Of a stretch of 32,359 nt of DNA, positions 17,514-26,218 are shown piece by piece. This DNA comes from a virus. Its lineage: Duplodnaviria; Caudoviricetes. Below the pieces are notes generated by a model. It was not told the DNA's origin and did not search any database. It saw nothing but the letters and a program-made list of their open reading frames with translations. A program made the translations under genes and the position numbers. The stretch spans positions 1 through 32,359 of the IMG/VR virus record IMGVR_UViG_3300007954_000004; one strand, 5' to 3'. Every line of letters begins with the position of its first letter. Position 1 is the first letter of the stretch.

Positions 17514-18002
17514 TTAAAGAGAGCGCTTAGCGTTCTTTTTTGCAAGTTTAAGAAACTCCTCTCGTTCTGCGAGCAGGAGTTTTTTGCATTTCTTACGAAA
17601 CTCAACCGATGATTTAAGTATACGACTATCAATCATAGGAGCCTCTAATACATCATAATATTCTGAGTGTATAAAGTTCTTAAGATCAAAGTTCATAAAC
17701 TTAGCCTTAATAGGTTTAAGTGAAATAGCACAATACCATTCAACAGTATTATATGAACGTTCTAATCCCTTTTCAGATAGGGCAGTATCGGTTCTCATAT
17801 CCCAATAAATTTTAGTAGAAGTAGTAGATCTAGGTCTTTGCATTTTTAAGACACACTCCATGAATTGGTCATCATCGGACCACTTAGCAAGATTCCTATG
17901 AGTTATTAGAAACTTTCTTAAGAATCGTGGTAAGTACTTTAAGATGATACCATATCTGTTTGCGGGCCAAGGACCACCAGTCTTTTCAATACGTATACTC
18001 AT
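17514..18002 (-). CDS. hypothetical protein (only credible minus-strand gene)
   Basis: 162 aa basic ORF that fills the gap between two plus-strand genes without overlap. It has an ATG start and a promoter-like motif upstream. Confidence 0.75.
   Translation of the reverse strand: MSIRIEKTGGPWPANRYGIILKYLPRFLRKFLITHRNLAKWSDDDQFMECVLKMQRPRSTTSTKIYWDMRTDTALSEKGLERSYNTVEWYCAISLKPIKAKFMNFDLKNFIHSEYYDVLEAPMIDSRILKSSVEFRKKCKKLLLAEREEFLKLAKKNAKRSL
17518..17541 (+). terminator. putative intrinsic terminator overlapping the 3' end of the convergent minus-strand gene
   Basis: AGAGAGCGC-tta-GCGTTC followed by T6 (includes G-U pairs), starting 7 nt after the stop at 17511. Confidence 0.55.
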
Positions 18003-18007
18003 ATACT

Positions 18008-18016
18008 ATATTTATC
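18008..18016 (-). promoter_or_regulatory. late-promoter-like variant GATAAATAT
   Basis: The minus strand reads taGATAAATATagtatATG, with the G 14 nt before the start. Confidence 0.45.
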
Positions 18017-18019
18017 TAT

Positions 18020-18048
18020 GAAACATTTTAGGCATTTTACACTATAAC
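18020..18048 (+). promoter_or_regulatory. putative pre-late promoter GAAAC-N18-TATAAC
   Basis: AAAC 18021-18024 and TATAAC 18043-18048, upstream of the clamp loader ATG at 18066. Confidence 0.5.
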
Positions 18049-18065
18049 AATTAAACATATACTGC

Positions 18066-19025
18066 ATGCAATCAATCAACCAATTATTTACAGAGAAGTA
18101 TAGACCTTCTACATTAGAACAACTAATCTTACCAGATGCGGTAATGAATAAGTTTAAAGATGGACTAGTCCAGAATATGTTGTTTACGGGCTCACCTGGG
18201 ACAGGTAAGACTTCTTGTGCAAAAGCCATAGTAAATCAGTTTAAACTCCCTTATCTGTACATCAACGCGTCCACAGACACTTCTGTTGAGGTGATTAGGA
18301 CTAGAATTATAGACTTCTGTTCAACAGTGTCTATTATGGATGCACCTGGTATGTTTAAGGTAGTAATTCTAGATGAGGTTGATGGTGTATCAGATCAATT
18401 CTTTAAAGCACTTCGTGCTACAATGGAGCAATTCGCTAGTAACTCTAGATTTATTGCAACATGTAATTATATCAATAAACTACCAGATCCAATTCTATCA
18501 AGATTTGAAGTTATTAATTTTGACTTTGATAAAGAAGAGGAAACAGAATTAACAAAGAAGTATATCCGTAGAGTATATGATATTTGTAAAGAAGAAGAAA
18601 TGACTATTGAGAAAGATGCTCTTGTAGAGTTTGTTAGACGTAACTTCCCAGATTTAAGAAGTACTCTAAATAAACTACAAGGATTTAAAACTCAAGGAAC
18701 TACTGCGATTACAGTTGATAATGTAAAGAAATTTAATTCAGTCTATAAAGACGTATTTGAATTAGTCTTTAAAGAAACGGATCCAGCAAAGAATTACCAG
18801 ATGTTAGTAAGTAATTATTCTAATAGAGTAGATGATATTTTACAAACATTAGGTGAAGAATTTATAGAATATATACAACAAGAACAATTGCAATCAGTTA
18901 AGCATATCCCACAGATCATTATTTCTGTAGCTAAACATCAATCGCAGAGAGTTCATGTCATAGATCCTGTAATCACAATGTTAAGTTGCGTTTACGAGAT
19001 ACAAGGAATAATTAAAAGTAATTAA
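18066..19025 (+). CDS. gp44: sliding clamp loader large subunit (T4 gp44 / RFC-like AAA+ ATPase)
   Basis: EKYRP, Walker A GSPGTGKT, YINAS, Walker B ILDEVD, FIATCN, ILSRF and PDLR. Confidence 0.93.
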   Translation: MQSINQLFTEKYRPSTLEQLILPDAVMNKFKDGLVQNMLFTGSPGTGKTSCAKAIVNQFKLPYLYINASTDTSVEVIRTRIIDFCSTVSIMDAPGMFKVVILDEVDGVSDQFFKALRATMEQFASNSRFIATCNYINKLPDPILSRFEVINFDFDKEEETELTKKYIRRVYDICKEEEMTIEKDALVEFVRRNFPDLRSTLNKLQGFKTQGTTAITVDNVKKFNSVYKDVFELVFKETDPAKNYQMLVSNYSNRVDDILQTLGEEFIEYIQQEQLQSVKHIPQIIISVAKHQSQRVHVIDPVITMLSCVYEIQGIIKSN

Positions 19026-19047
19026 AAGCAAAATAAGTGGCAAATAA

Positions 19048-19079
19048 TTTTTCTATGTCAATTATTTTTCGTATATTGT
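19048..19079 (+). promoter_or_regulatory. possible host-type (Bacteroidota sigma-70-like) promoter
   Basis: TTTTTC about 19 nt upstream of cgTATATTGT. An imperfect match to the TTTG-N19-21-TAnnTTTG consensus. Overlaps the inverted repeat AAATAATT/AATTATTT. Confidence 0.3.
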
Positions 19080-19103
19080 ACATAGATATTAAATAACAAA
19101 AAT

Positions 19104-20363
19104 ATGAAAGTGGGAAAACATACATTACTAATCGACGGAAACTATTTTGTTTTCAGTAGATTATTTGTCTTACCAAAACCAAAGAATGGTAAGTTACTAG
19201 GAGATGATAAACAGAAATCTCAATTCATGAGAAAGCTAGCAATTGACTTTGCATCTGAAATGCGTAAGCTAAAGATGTTTGTCGATGATGTAGTATTAAC
19301 TGTAGATTCAAAATCATGGCGTAAAGATTTATTTCCAACTGCTGAATACAAAGGCACTAGGAAACAAAATAGCAGTGTAGATTGGACTGCAGTCTATGAA
19401 GTCTATGAAGCATTTCAAGATATTGTAGCTACTAAAGGTGTTACTGTACACCAAATACAAGGTGCTGAAGCAGATGATGTTATCTTCGGATGGTCAGCTG
19501 CTCTAAATGCTAGAGGTAAATCATGTATCGTATGGTCAGGTGATAGAGATCTAATTCAATTAGTTAACTACTCAGAAACTAATGACGCGCATACGTTATG
19601 GTATTACAATACTAAAAAGACACTTTATGGTTACGAAGGTTTCAATAAAGACATGGAGACATCAGCCGCTAAAGAACTAACAAGCGACGATATGTTATTC
19701 AATATGGGTGGACAACACATGTTGCGTGATGATTACCAAAGAGATATTCTAGACTGGATTAAAGCTAATAAGATTTCTATTAAAGAAGTTGATTGCGACA
19801 AATTCATATTTCAAAAGATACTTACCGGTGACAAATCAGATAATATTGCATCAGTTGTTACATGGCAAAAAGAAATGAAGAACGGCAAGTTGCGTAACTA
19901 TTCTATTACTGACAAAACAGCAGATCTTATATGGGATCAATATGTTAAAGAATATAATAAAGATTTTACTATTGATTTTCTATTCTCATCAGAAGCAAAA
20001 GACATCTTAGTAGATATTATCTATAGAGTTGTTGGCCATAGTTCTCAAACACTAATCAAAACAAATCTTACGCAGAATATAGCTCTAATGTTATTACATA
20101 ACAAGACTATTCCAGATCCAATTCAAAAGGCTATTTATGCTGCTATTGAAAAAGATTGGGAAGGTGCTATCGAGAATAAGAATTCTATTATGGAAATGGA
20201 TAAAATTCTAGAAGGAACTGATTGGTTAGAAGGAGCTAAAAAGAATACGTTCGCACCAGATCCTTTTGCAGGAATGGATATTCCAAAAGAAGAATCTCCA
20301 ATGAAGCTGGTAGGTAAGAAAACAAAAAAGGTTAAGAAAGACCCAAGTAAAAAGTTATTCTAA
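19104..20363 (+). CDS. rnh: 5'-3' exonuclease / flap endonuclease (T4 RNase H-like)
   Basis: LLIDGN, WRK..FP..EYKGTRK, EADDVI, SGDRDLIQL and LTGDKSDNI motifs of the FEN/5'-nuclease family. Confidence 0.9.
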   Translation: MKVGKHTLLIDGNYFVFSRLFVLPKPKNGKLLGDDKQKSQFMRKLAIDFASEMRKLKMFVDDVVLTVDSKSWRKDLFPTAEYKGTRKQNSSVDWTAVYEVYEAFQDIVATKGVTVHQIQGAEADDVIFGWSAALNARGKSCIVWSGDRDLIQLVNYSETNDAHTLWYYNTKKTLYGYEGFNKDMETSAAKELTSDDMLFNMGGQHMLRDDYQRDILDWIKANKISIKEVDCDKFIFQKILTGDKSDNIASVVTWQKEMKNGKLRNYSITDKTADLIWDQYVKEYNKDFTIDFLFSSEAKDILVDIIYRVVGHSSQTLIKTNLTQNIALMLLHNKTIPDPIQKAIYAAIEKDWEGAIENKNSIMEMDKILEGTDWLEGAKKNTFAPDPFAGMDIPKEESPMKLVGKKTKKVKKDPSKKLF

Positions 20364-20364
20364 T

Positions 20365-20526
20365 ATGACATTAACAGATTATATTCAAATTGAAGAAATA
20401 TTAGCAGAAGCAAACGCACATGGATTAAAACCAGAAGTTATAGAACTTGCTACTAAAATAGAAATGCTTCATAATCTTTCAAAAGTGGATGCACATCAAC
20501 ATGCATTTAAAACACTAATAGGGTAA
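20365..20526 (+). CDS. small hypothetical protein (53 aa)
   Basis: Not in the ORF track. MTLTDYIQIEEILAEANAHGLKPEVIELATKIEMLHNLSKVDAHQHAFKTLIG. Starts 1 nt after the rnh stop and fills the gap. Confidence 0.7.
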   Translation: MTLTDYIQIEEILAEANAHGLKPEVIELATKIEMLHNLSKVDAHQHAFKTLIG

Positions 20527-20551
20527 ACTTTACCCTTTAAGGACATATAAC
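20524..20551 (+). promoter_or_regulatory. putative pre-late promoter TAAAC-N17-TATAAC
   Basis: AAAC 20525-20528 sits at the centre of the palindrome AGGGTAAA-C-TTTACCCT. TATAAC 20546-20551, ATG 20556. Confidence 0.5.
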
Positions 20552-20555
20552 TAAT

Positions 20556-20990
20556 ATGCTAGATGATACTAAACTGTTTGACTTTGTAAAAATAATGTTT
20601 ACAAAGCCACAACAATATAAGAAAATAAAACAACACACTAAAAAGCGACATCATTTCATGATTAATCGTTTCATGTCTATTAAATATCCTGCAAATGCAA
20701 TGATGTTTAATATTAATGGGATTAATGGTGGTAGTGTAGTAGAGTGTTGGTCCGTTGTCGCCTCTAGATTCCAATCGGTGCCCCGATGGTTTTATACTAA
20801 AACCAAAAAAGCAAAGAAAAATACGCCTGATAAATATAATCCCAGCGAGAAAGCTGTATCTATTTATATGGACAAAAACGAGATTGGTAATAGAGAATTT
20901 AGCGAACTAAAAGAATTTGCTAAGGAAGCTCTGTTTTCTGATTTAAAAAAAATTGAAGAACAAATAGAGGTTTATGCAAAAGATAAATGA
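20556..20990 (+). CDS. probable clamp loader small subunit (gp62-like)
   Basis: 144 aa. KLFDFVKIMFTK...FMINRFMS..P..A..FN resembles the gp62 family pattern (LFD..NSI..., FMINR.LS). Close to gp44. Confidence 0.5.
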   Translation: MLDDTKLFDFVKIMFTKPQQYKKIKQHTKKRHHFMINRFMSIKYPANAMMFNINGINGGSVVECWSVVASRFQSVPRWFYTKTKKAKKNTPDKYNPSEKAVSIYMDKNEIGNREFSELKEFAKEALFSDLKKIEEQIEVYAKDK

Positions 20991-21624
20991 TCATTTTACT
21001 GAAATAATAGATATTACTTTATACCGATATAACTCAATAGATTTAAAACTATGGGGTATTATTAATAGAGATACTAAATCTAGGCCTATGACTCCTAACA
21101 GTATGTTAGTAGCCAAAGAGCGTATGGAAACTTATTTAAATCATAAGTTCTCTCACGATGTTAATAGATTTCGTACAGTCAGTGATGTCAATATACATAG
21201 GGAGGCAACATCAGTATATTTTATATGGAAGATATTTCAATCAATGCCAAACTTATCTTATATTAGAGTTAATCTTAATTCTAATTCTAGTTACAATAGA
21301 ATTGTAAATGTAGATCAAGTAAAGACTATAAAATACGATATTAAAACATTAAGAGGTTCTATGAGGATGTTTGATATGTTCCAAGAAGAACATGAACTTA
21401 AACAAGCTAATCATATTTTAATAAAAGAAGGTCTATTAAAAGAACAAGAGAATTTTAAAATATTTAAATTAAGAGACTTTTTAAGTGCCTTAGATTTATT
21501 TCAAGCTGAGAATAATACAGCAGAAGTATTAGGAGTAACTAATGCATTTATACACGCATTAGAACATCATGAGGGTGATAATCCTGAAATGCTTTTAATC
21601 ACTGATTGGGAGTCAGATATATAA
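20974..21624 (+). CDS. hypothetical protein
   Basis: 216 aa. Overlaps the previous gene by 17 nt. No recognisable motif. Confidence 0.75.
   Translation: MQKINDHFTEIIDITLYRYNSIDLKLWGIINRDTKSRPMTPNSMLVAKERMETYLNHKFSHDVNRFRTVSDVNIHREATSVYFIWKIFQSMPNLSYIRVNLNSNSSYNRIVNVDQVKTIKYDIKTLRGSMRMFDMFQEEHELKQANHILIKEGLLKEQENFKIFKLRDFLSALDLFQAENNTAEVLGVTNAFIHALEHHEGDNPEMLLITDWESDI
21616..21624 (+). promoter_or_regulatory. putative late promoter GATATATAA
   Basis: Coincides with the last codons (GAT ATA TAA = D-I-stop) of the upstream gene, 39 nt before ATG 21655. Confidence 0.7.
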
Positions 21625-21654
21625 TAAAAAATAGAAGTATAACTTCTTTATCAA

Positions 21655-23601
21655 ATGGCAGTAACAAATTTTACAGCAGACACAATCGGAGACTATTTCT
21701 TCGCTAAATTGAAAGAACCTTACGTAGACGTAAAAAAGGTTCTGAATTGGTCTATCCTATATGGTGTTAATTCACCAACTAGTATCGGAACAGTACAATT
21801 AACAGCGGGTTCTAAAACTATTATTGGCTCTGGAATTGCATGGACACTTGCACCAGGTGATCAGTTTATTGTAGGTTCTCAAACTTTTACTGTAGATACT
21901 ATTGTAGCAAATACTATTACTGCTACAGAAGATGCTACATTTACTGCAACAGCAGCTAAATGGTATGAATTTCCAGATGCTGATAACAACTTTGTTTTTG
22001 ACTATAGATGGTCCCAGAATAATATAGATAGTGATGGAGGCGAAATGTCACCATTAAAACCTTTAAATGTTAGTATTACTAATTTAGAATTTGATGCAAC
22101 TAAACCATTATGGATAGATGTTAAAGCGGAAGTACATAGATTGTCTTCATTGCATACATTAAGCCTTTTATCAGTTACATTTGAATTAGAAACAGAAGCA
22201 GGTACTATTCAATCATGTCCACAATTATGTATGGATTGTGATGATCCTTATGTTGCAGGATGTACTAATATTGTAATCGATTGTTCAGACCCAATATTCG
22301 ATCCGTATAATTTAAGTAAACCAACTGCAATTTATGGTGAAATAAGTGAGTTGGCTTCAGAAATGTGGGGACATAACACAAAGTACTTTAGAGTAGAACC
22401 TGATAAGAGATCTAAGGATGTTGTATTAATGGAGTATTCTTTATACAATGTAAAAGATACGTCAGATCTTAAAATTGTCGTGCCAGATAATGCAATGCCA
22501 ACTAGAGAATTTACATACGATATTTTTGGTATGGGCTTTGAAGATTTTGAAATCCATATTACAAAAGGGCAAATGGAAAAAGCATTCGGTGCTAATATTG
22601 CCCCAAGACCAAGAGATTATATGTACATTCCAATAATGAATAGAATGTATGAAGTAAGTTCAGTTAGTTTTGCTGATGAATTTAATCAGTCTATGACTTA
22701 CTGGAGAGTAATGTTAAAGAAATACGAAGAGAGAACTTCTACAATAATAGGAGACGATGCTGCTGGAGTTGCAATAGATCAAACATTAGACGAACTTTAT
22801 ACTGGAGTTGAAGAAGTATTTGGAGAAGAAATTCAAGATGAGTACAGACAATCAACTAAACCAGAACAATATCAAACAATGTTCTCAGAAGTTGGTGATG
22901 GTACTAGAGAAAGAATTCATAACTCATTAGTTATTAGCGATGACGAGTTAAGAAATAAATGGACTATTATTACTAAGAATCATTATGATCTAGAATCTGT
23001 AAAAGATTTAGGTATCGAATGTTTAGTATATAAGAAAATATCTCAATTAGCAATTGATAAGAATATGGCATTTTCTGCCTGGTTTAAACCTAACTTTACA
23101 AATCCAACAGCAGAGCAAACTTTATTTGATGGAAGAGTAGGACAAAAAGGACTTAAATTAACAGTTAATAAAACACATGTTAAAGCATATATAAATGATC
23201 TTACATTAACATATCCGTTTGCAGTACAGCCTATAAATGGACAATGGTATGGTTTAGTCTATAACTTAAATAATACATATAGTAATACATCTGCTAATGT
23301 GTATCAGTTAAACCCAAAGAGCAATACATTGACAAGTATGTCTGTTTCAGATACTTTAATTAATGTAATGGATCAAAACTTTGAACTAGGCGCTGCTCAA
23401 GGATGGGTTACATCACAAAAATGGGCTTTAATGCCAGGTAAATTAGCAATGACTAACATTAGGTTATACACTAAGATTATCGGTAAAGACCAACATACGA
23501 ACATGTTACAACAATATATTGTTAGAGATAATAGACTAACATATATTATTGATAACGCAATTCCTTCTATACAGTTAAGAAAGTACAATCAAAACAAGTA
23601 A
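21655..23601 (+). CDS. neck/head-closure protein (gp14-like core) with extra N-terminal beta-rich and C-terminal LamG-like domains
   Basis: Central MWGHNTKYFRV...DVVLME...FGM...APRPRDYMYIPIMNRMYEVSSV resembles gp14 (G..V.Y, P.EGDLIY.P....LFEI). C-terminal FSAWFKP...GQWYGLV...IRLY is LamG/concanavalin-like. Directly upstream of the terminase genes. Confidence 0.6.
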   Translation: MAVTNFTADTIGDYFFAKLKEPYVDVKKVLNWSILYGVNSPTSIGTVQLTAGSKTIIGSGIAWTLAPGDQFIVGSQTFTVDTIVANTITATEDATFTATAAKWYEFPDADNNFVFDYRWSQNNIDSDGGEMSPLKPLNVSITNLEFDATKPLWIDVKAEVHRLSSLHTLSLLSVTFELETEAGTIQSCPQLCMDCDDPYVAGCTNIVIDCSDPIFDPYNLSKPTAIYGEISELASEMWGHNTKYFRVEPDKRSKDVVLMEYSLYNVKDTSDLKIVVPDNAMPTREFTYDIFGMGFEDFEIHITKGQMEKAFGANIAPRPRDYMYIPIMNRMYEVSSVSFADEFNQSMTYWRVMLKKYEERTSTIIGDDAAGVAIDQTLDELYTGVEEVFGEEIQDEYRQSTKPEQYQTMFSEVGDGTRERIHNSLVISDDELRNKWTIITKNHYDLESVKDLGIECLVYKKISQLAIDKNMAFSAWFKPNFTNPTAEQTLFDGRVGQKGLKLTVNKTHVKAYINDLTLTYPFAVQPINGQWYGLVYNLNNTYSNTSANVYQLNPKSNTLTSMSVSDTLINVMDQNFELGAAQGWVTSQKWALMPGKLAMTNIRLYTKIIGKDQHTNMLQQYIVRDNRLTYIIDNAIPSIQLRKYNQNK

Positions 23602-23636
23602 CAAACTTAAACTAAATTTGTTACTAGTGTAAGCTA

Positions 23637-23645
23637 GATATATAC
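23637..23645 (+). promoter_or_regulatory. putative late promoter GATATATAC
   Basis: 25 nt before ATG 23662. Confidence 0.65.
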
Positions 23646-23661
23646 AATATAATATCATAAT

Positions 23662-24324
23662 ATGAGCGAGAGCGAAAAGAAGAAAACAATAGCAGAACAA
23701 GCAGACGACATTAGGTTAGAATTAGATGCATTAATTGGAGATAGTCCATTAGATGTTGAAAACGATCCTAAAGATCTTCCTATTCAGGCTAAGCCAACTT
23801 CGATGGTACCATCAATAAATTATACTGAATTAAAGTCAAGTGCAACTAAAAAAGCACAAAAGACTATTACAGCCTTAATGAAATTTTATCTTGATGCTGA
23901 TATTATCGAAAAGGATGAGTACATAGCTGCAAAAAAACAAATGGATGAGATGACAATGTCCTCTCTGATCTATCAATTAAATGCAGGTGAAAAAGCTCTA
24001 ACAACTCTATTAGAAACAATTGACTCAGGAGAATTAGCACCTAGAATGTTTGAGGTTCTTGCAACTCTACAAAAATCAATGTTAGATATTATTAAGTCGC
24101 AAACCATGTACTTAATGGCAGCGGAAGAGGGTACAAAAAGAATTGCAAGGGATTTAGAAATTTACCAGAAGAGAGCAAATCAAACTGAAATTGAAGGTGC
24201 TGGAGGAGATACTGGTAATAAAAATATTCAAAGAGGTACAAAAGACCTAATGGCTGCAATTCAAGCAGGTATTCACGGAGCGTCAGAAGAAGATATTGAA
24301 GACGTAGAACCAACAGAAGAATAA
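23662..24324 (+). CDS. gp16: terminase small subunit (T4 gp16-like)
   Basis: APRMFEVLATL and GTKDLM resemble gp16 (PR.MEVFATL, GS..ELM). Ends 3 nt before the large terminase. Confidence 0.75.
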   Translation: MSESEKKKTIAEQADDIRLELDALIGDSPLDVENDPKDLPIQAKPTSMVPSINYTELKSSATKKAQKTITALMKFYLDADIIEKDEYIAAKKQMDEMTMSSLIYQLNAGEKALTTLLETIDSGELAPRMFEVLATLQKSMLDIIKSQTMYLMAAEEGTKRIARDLEIYQKRANQTEIEGAGGDTGNKNIQRGTKDLMAAIQAGIHGASEEDIEDVEPTEE

Positions 24325-24327
24325 TAA

Positions 24328-26160
24328 ATGTCAGACGGAATAGGAGATAATAAATGGATCCCAAAAGAGGAGGGTAATACAGATGCAGCTGACAGGATCG
24401 TTTGGTCGACCAAGCAGATTGATGATCTGTTAGTGGCCTTGGATCAGGGTTATCGTCCTAAGATTAAGTTACCATTCTACGAGGGTAGACAATTTCTAAA
24501 GAAGGGTAATATTGTATTTGAATATACTGATGAGGAAATTAGTGAGTTAGCCAGATGCGCCAAGGACATTGTCTATTTTGCAGAGAAGTATGCAGTAGTA
24601 ATGACAGATGAGGGTATTCAACAGGTAACCCTAAGAGATTATCAAAAGGATATGTTGAGGAATTTCCAGAATGATAGATTTAATATTGTTCTTGCTGCTC
24701 GACAAATGGGTAAAACAGTTACCGCATCTATTTTTAATGCATGGTATGTTACCTTTAATATGGATAAGAATACTCTGCTACTTGCGAATAAATCTGATTC
24801 AACAAAAGAAATTATTGATAAAGCCAAAACAGTAATTGAGAACTTACCGTTCTTTATGAAACCTGGTATTATTAAATATGATGTCATGAATGTGAGATGT
24901 GATAATGGTTGTCGTCTAATAGGACAATCAACCACAGCAAAATCTGGTATTGGTTTTACAATCCATAACTTATACCTAGATGAGTTTGCCCACGTCCATC
25001 CATCAATTGCTGATTCTTTTTATGAGAATGTATATCCTACATTATCCTCATCGAAAGTCTCAAGAATAACAATTACATCTACGCCAAACGGATTTAATAA
25101 GTTCTATCAAATCTATGCTGCGGCAGATCGAGGTGATAATGAATACTTAGCAACGAGGATAGATTGGTGGCAACATCCAGATAGAGACGAGGCTTGGTAT
25201 GAAAGAGAGCTTGCTAACCTAGGTTCGATCGAAGCCTTTAATAAACAATATGGGAATGAATTCGTTTCCTCATCCAACCTCTTATTAGACCCAGTCGATA
25301 TGAAGAAGATGAGAAAGAGAATGAAGCCTTATGTCTATCATGACTTTGATGAATTCGATTATATTAGTATTGATACAAAAGGTTTTTTAGAATGGGATCC
25401 AAACTTTGATATTGATACTTGTAAAGATACTGAAAACTTTTGGTTGTTCTCAGTAGATATTGCAGAAGGTAATGGTGGTGATTCCTCCGTTATTAATATT
25501 TTTAAAGTCGCTCCGATGAATTCAGAAGAAATTAAGAACGTTATTAATCCTGGTGCGATGTACGACTTTTTTAAATTTGAACAAGTTGCTAGGTTTAAAT
25601 CTAATGAACATGTCATCGAAGATTTTGCAAAGGTACTTTATACTTTAGCAGTAGACGTCTTTAACTCTGAAAACGTAAAAATGATTGTAGAGTATAATAC
25701 TTATGGTACAGTTTTATTCCAGTATCTAAGAAGTATATTTCCACAAAGAAATGATTTTGACGATGAGATGATAGTAAAATTCAGACATAGACACGACGCA
25801 AAGACAATAAAACCAGGAATAAAACTAAAATCTGACAATAAAGCTATCTTTTGTCAGAATTTTGCAAAATTGTATAAGATAAATAGATTAGATTTAACTG
25901 ATGAAGTTACAGTGACTGAGGCATCCTTATTTGGTACTTTACCAAACGGTAGTTATGGCGCTCAAATGGGGAACGATGATGTTATTATGACATGTATTAC
26001 TGCGACTGAATTTTTTAACACAACGGATTATGCAGATTTCATTGAGGAGATCTTAGATTTCATAGATCCTGCGGTTCACGACGAGATGGAAAGCATCTTA
26101 TATAAGGATAGTGATCAGCAAGGAGATTTACAATATGACATTTATGACCTACTCAAATAA
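24328..26160 (+). CDS. gp17: terminase large subunit (T4 gp17-like)
   Basis: CAKDIVYFAEKY, LRDYQ, Walker A ARQMGKT, Walker B YLDEFAH, ITSTPNG, and nuclease motifs VDIAEG and NDDVIM. Confidence 0.95.
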   Translation: MSDGIGDNKWIPKEEGNTDAADRIVWSTKQIDDLLVALDQGYRPKIKLPFYEGRQFLKKGNIVFEYTDEEISELARCAKDIVYFAEKYAVVMTDEGIQQVTLRDYQKDMLRNFQNDRFNIVLAARQMGKTVTASIFNAWYVTFNMDKNTLLLANKSDSTKEIIDKAKTVIENLPFFMKPGIIKYDVMNVRCDNGCRLIGQSTTAKSGIGFTIHNLYLDEFAHVHPSIADSFYENVYPTLSSSKVSRITITSTPNGFNKFYQIYAAADRGDNEYLATRIDWWQHPDRDEAWYERELANLGSIEAFNKQYGNEFVSSSNLLLDPVDMKKMRKRMKPYVYHDFDEFDYISIDTKGFLEWDPNFDIDTCKDTENFWLFSVDIAEGNGGDSSVINIFKVAPMNSEEIKNVINPGAMYDFFKFEQVARFKSNEHVIEDFAKVLYTLAVDVFNSENVKMIVEYNTYGTVLFQYLRSIFPQRNDFDDEMIVKFRHRHDAKTIKPGIKLKSDNKAIFCQNFAKLYKINRLDLTDEVTVTEASLFGTLPNGSYGAQMGNDDVIMTCITATEFFNTTDYADFIEEILDFIDPAVHDEMESILYKDSDQQGDLQYDIYDLLK

Positions 26161-26177
26161 ATTTGCAAAAAGACAAG

Positions 26178-26186
26178 GATATATAA
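26178..26186 (+). promoter_or_regulatory. putative late promoter GATATATAA
   Basis: 41 nt before the sheath ATG. Confidence 0.7.
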
Positions 26187-26218
26187 TAAAAGAATTAAAA
26201 AATAACAACTAAACGATT

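Noticed and set aside
23597-23625. Inverted repeat AGTAACAAA/TTTGTTACT after the neck gene
   Set aside because: The stem is AT-rich with an 11-nt loop and no U-tract, too weak to call a terminator.
24328-26160. Inteins or introns in terminase, helicase, portal or capsid genes
   Set aside because: Lengths are ordinary, reading frames are continuous and no intein splice motifs were seen.
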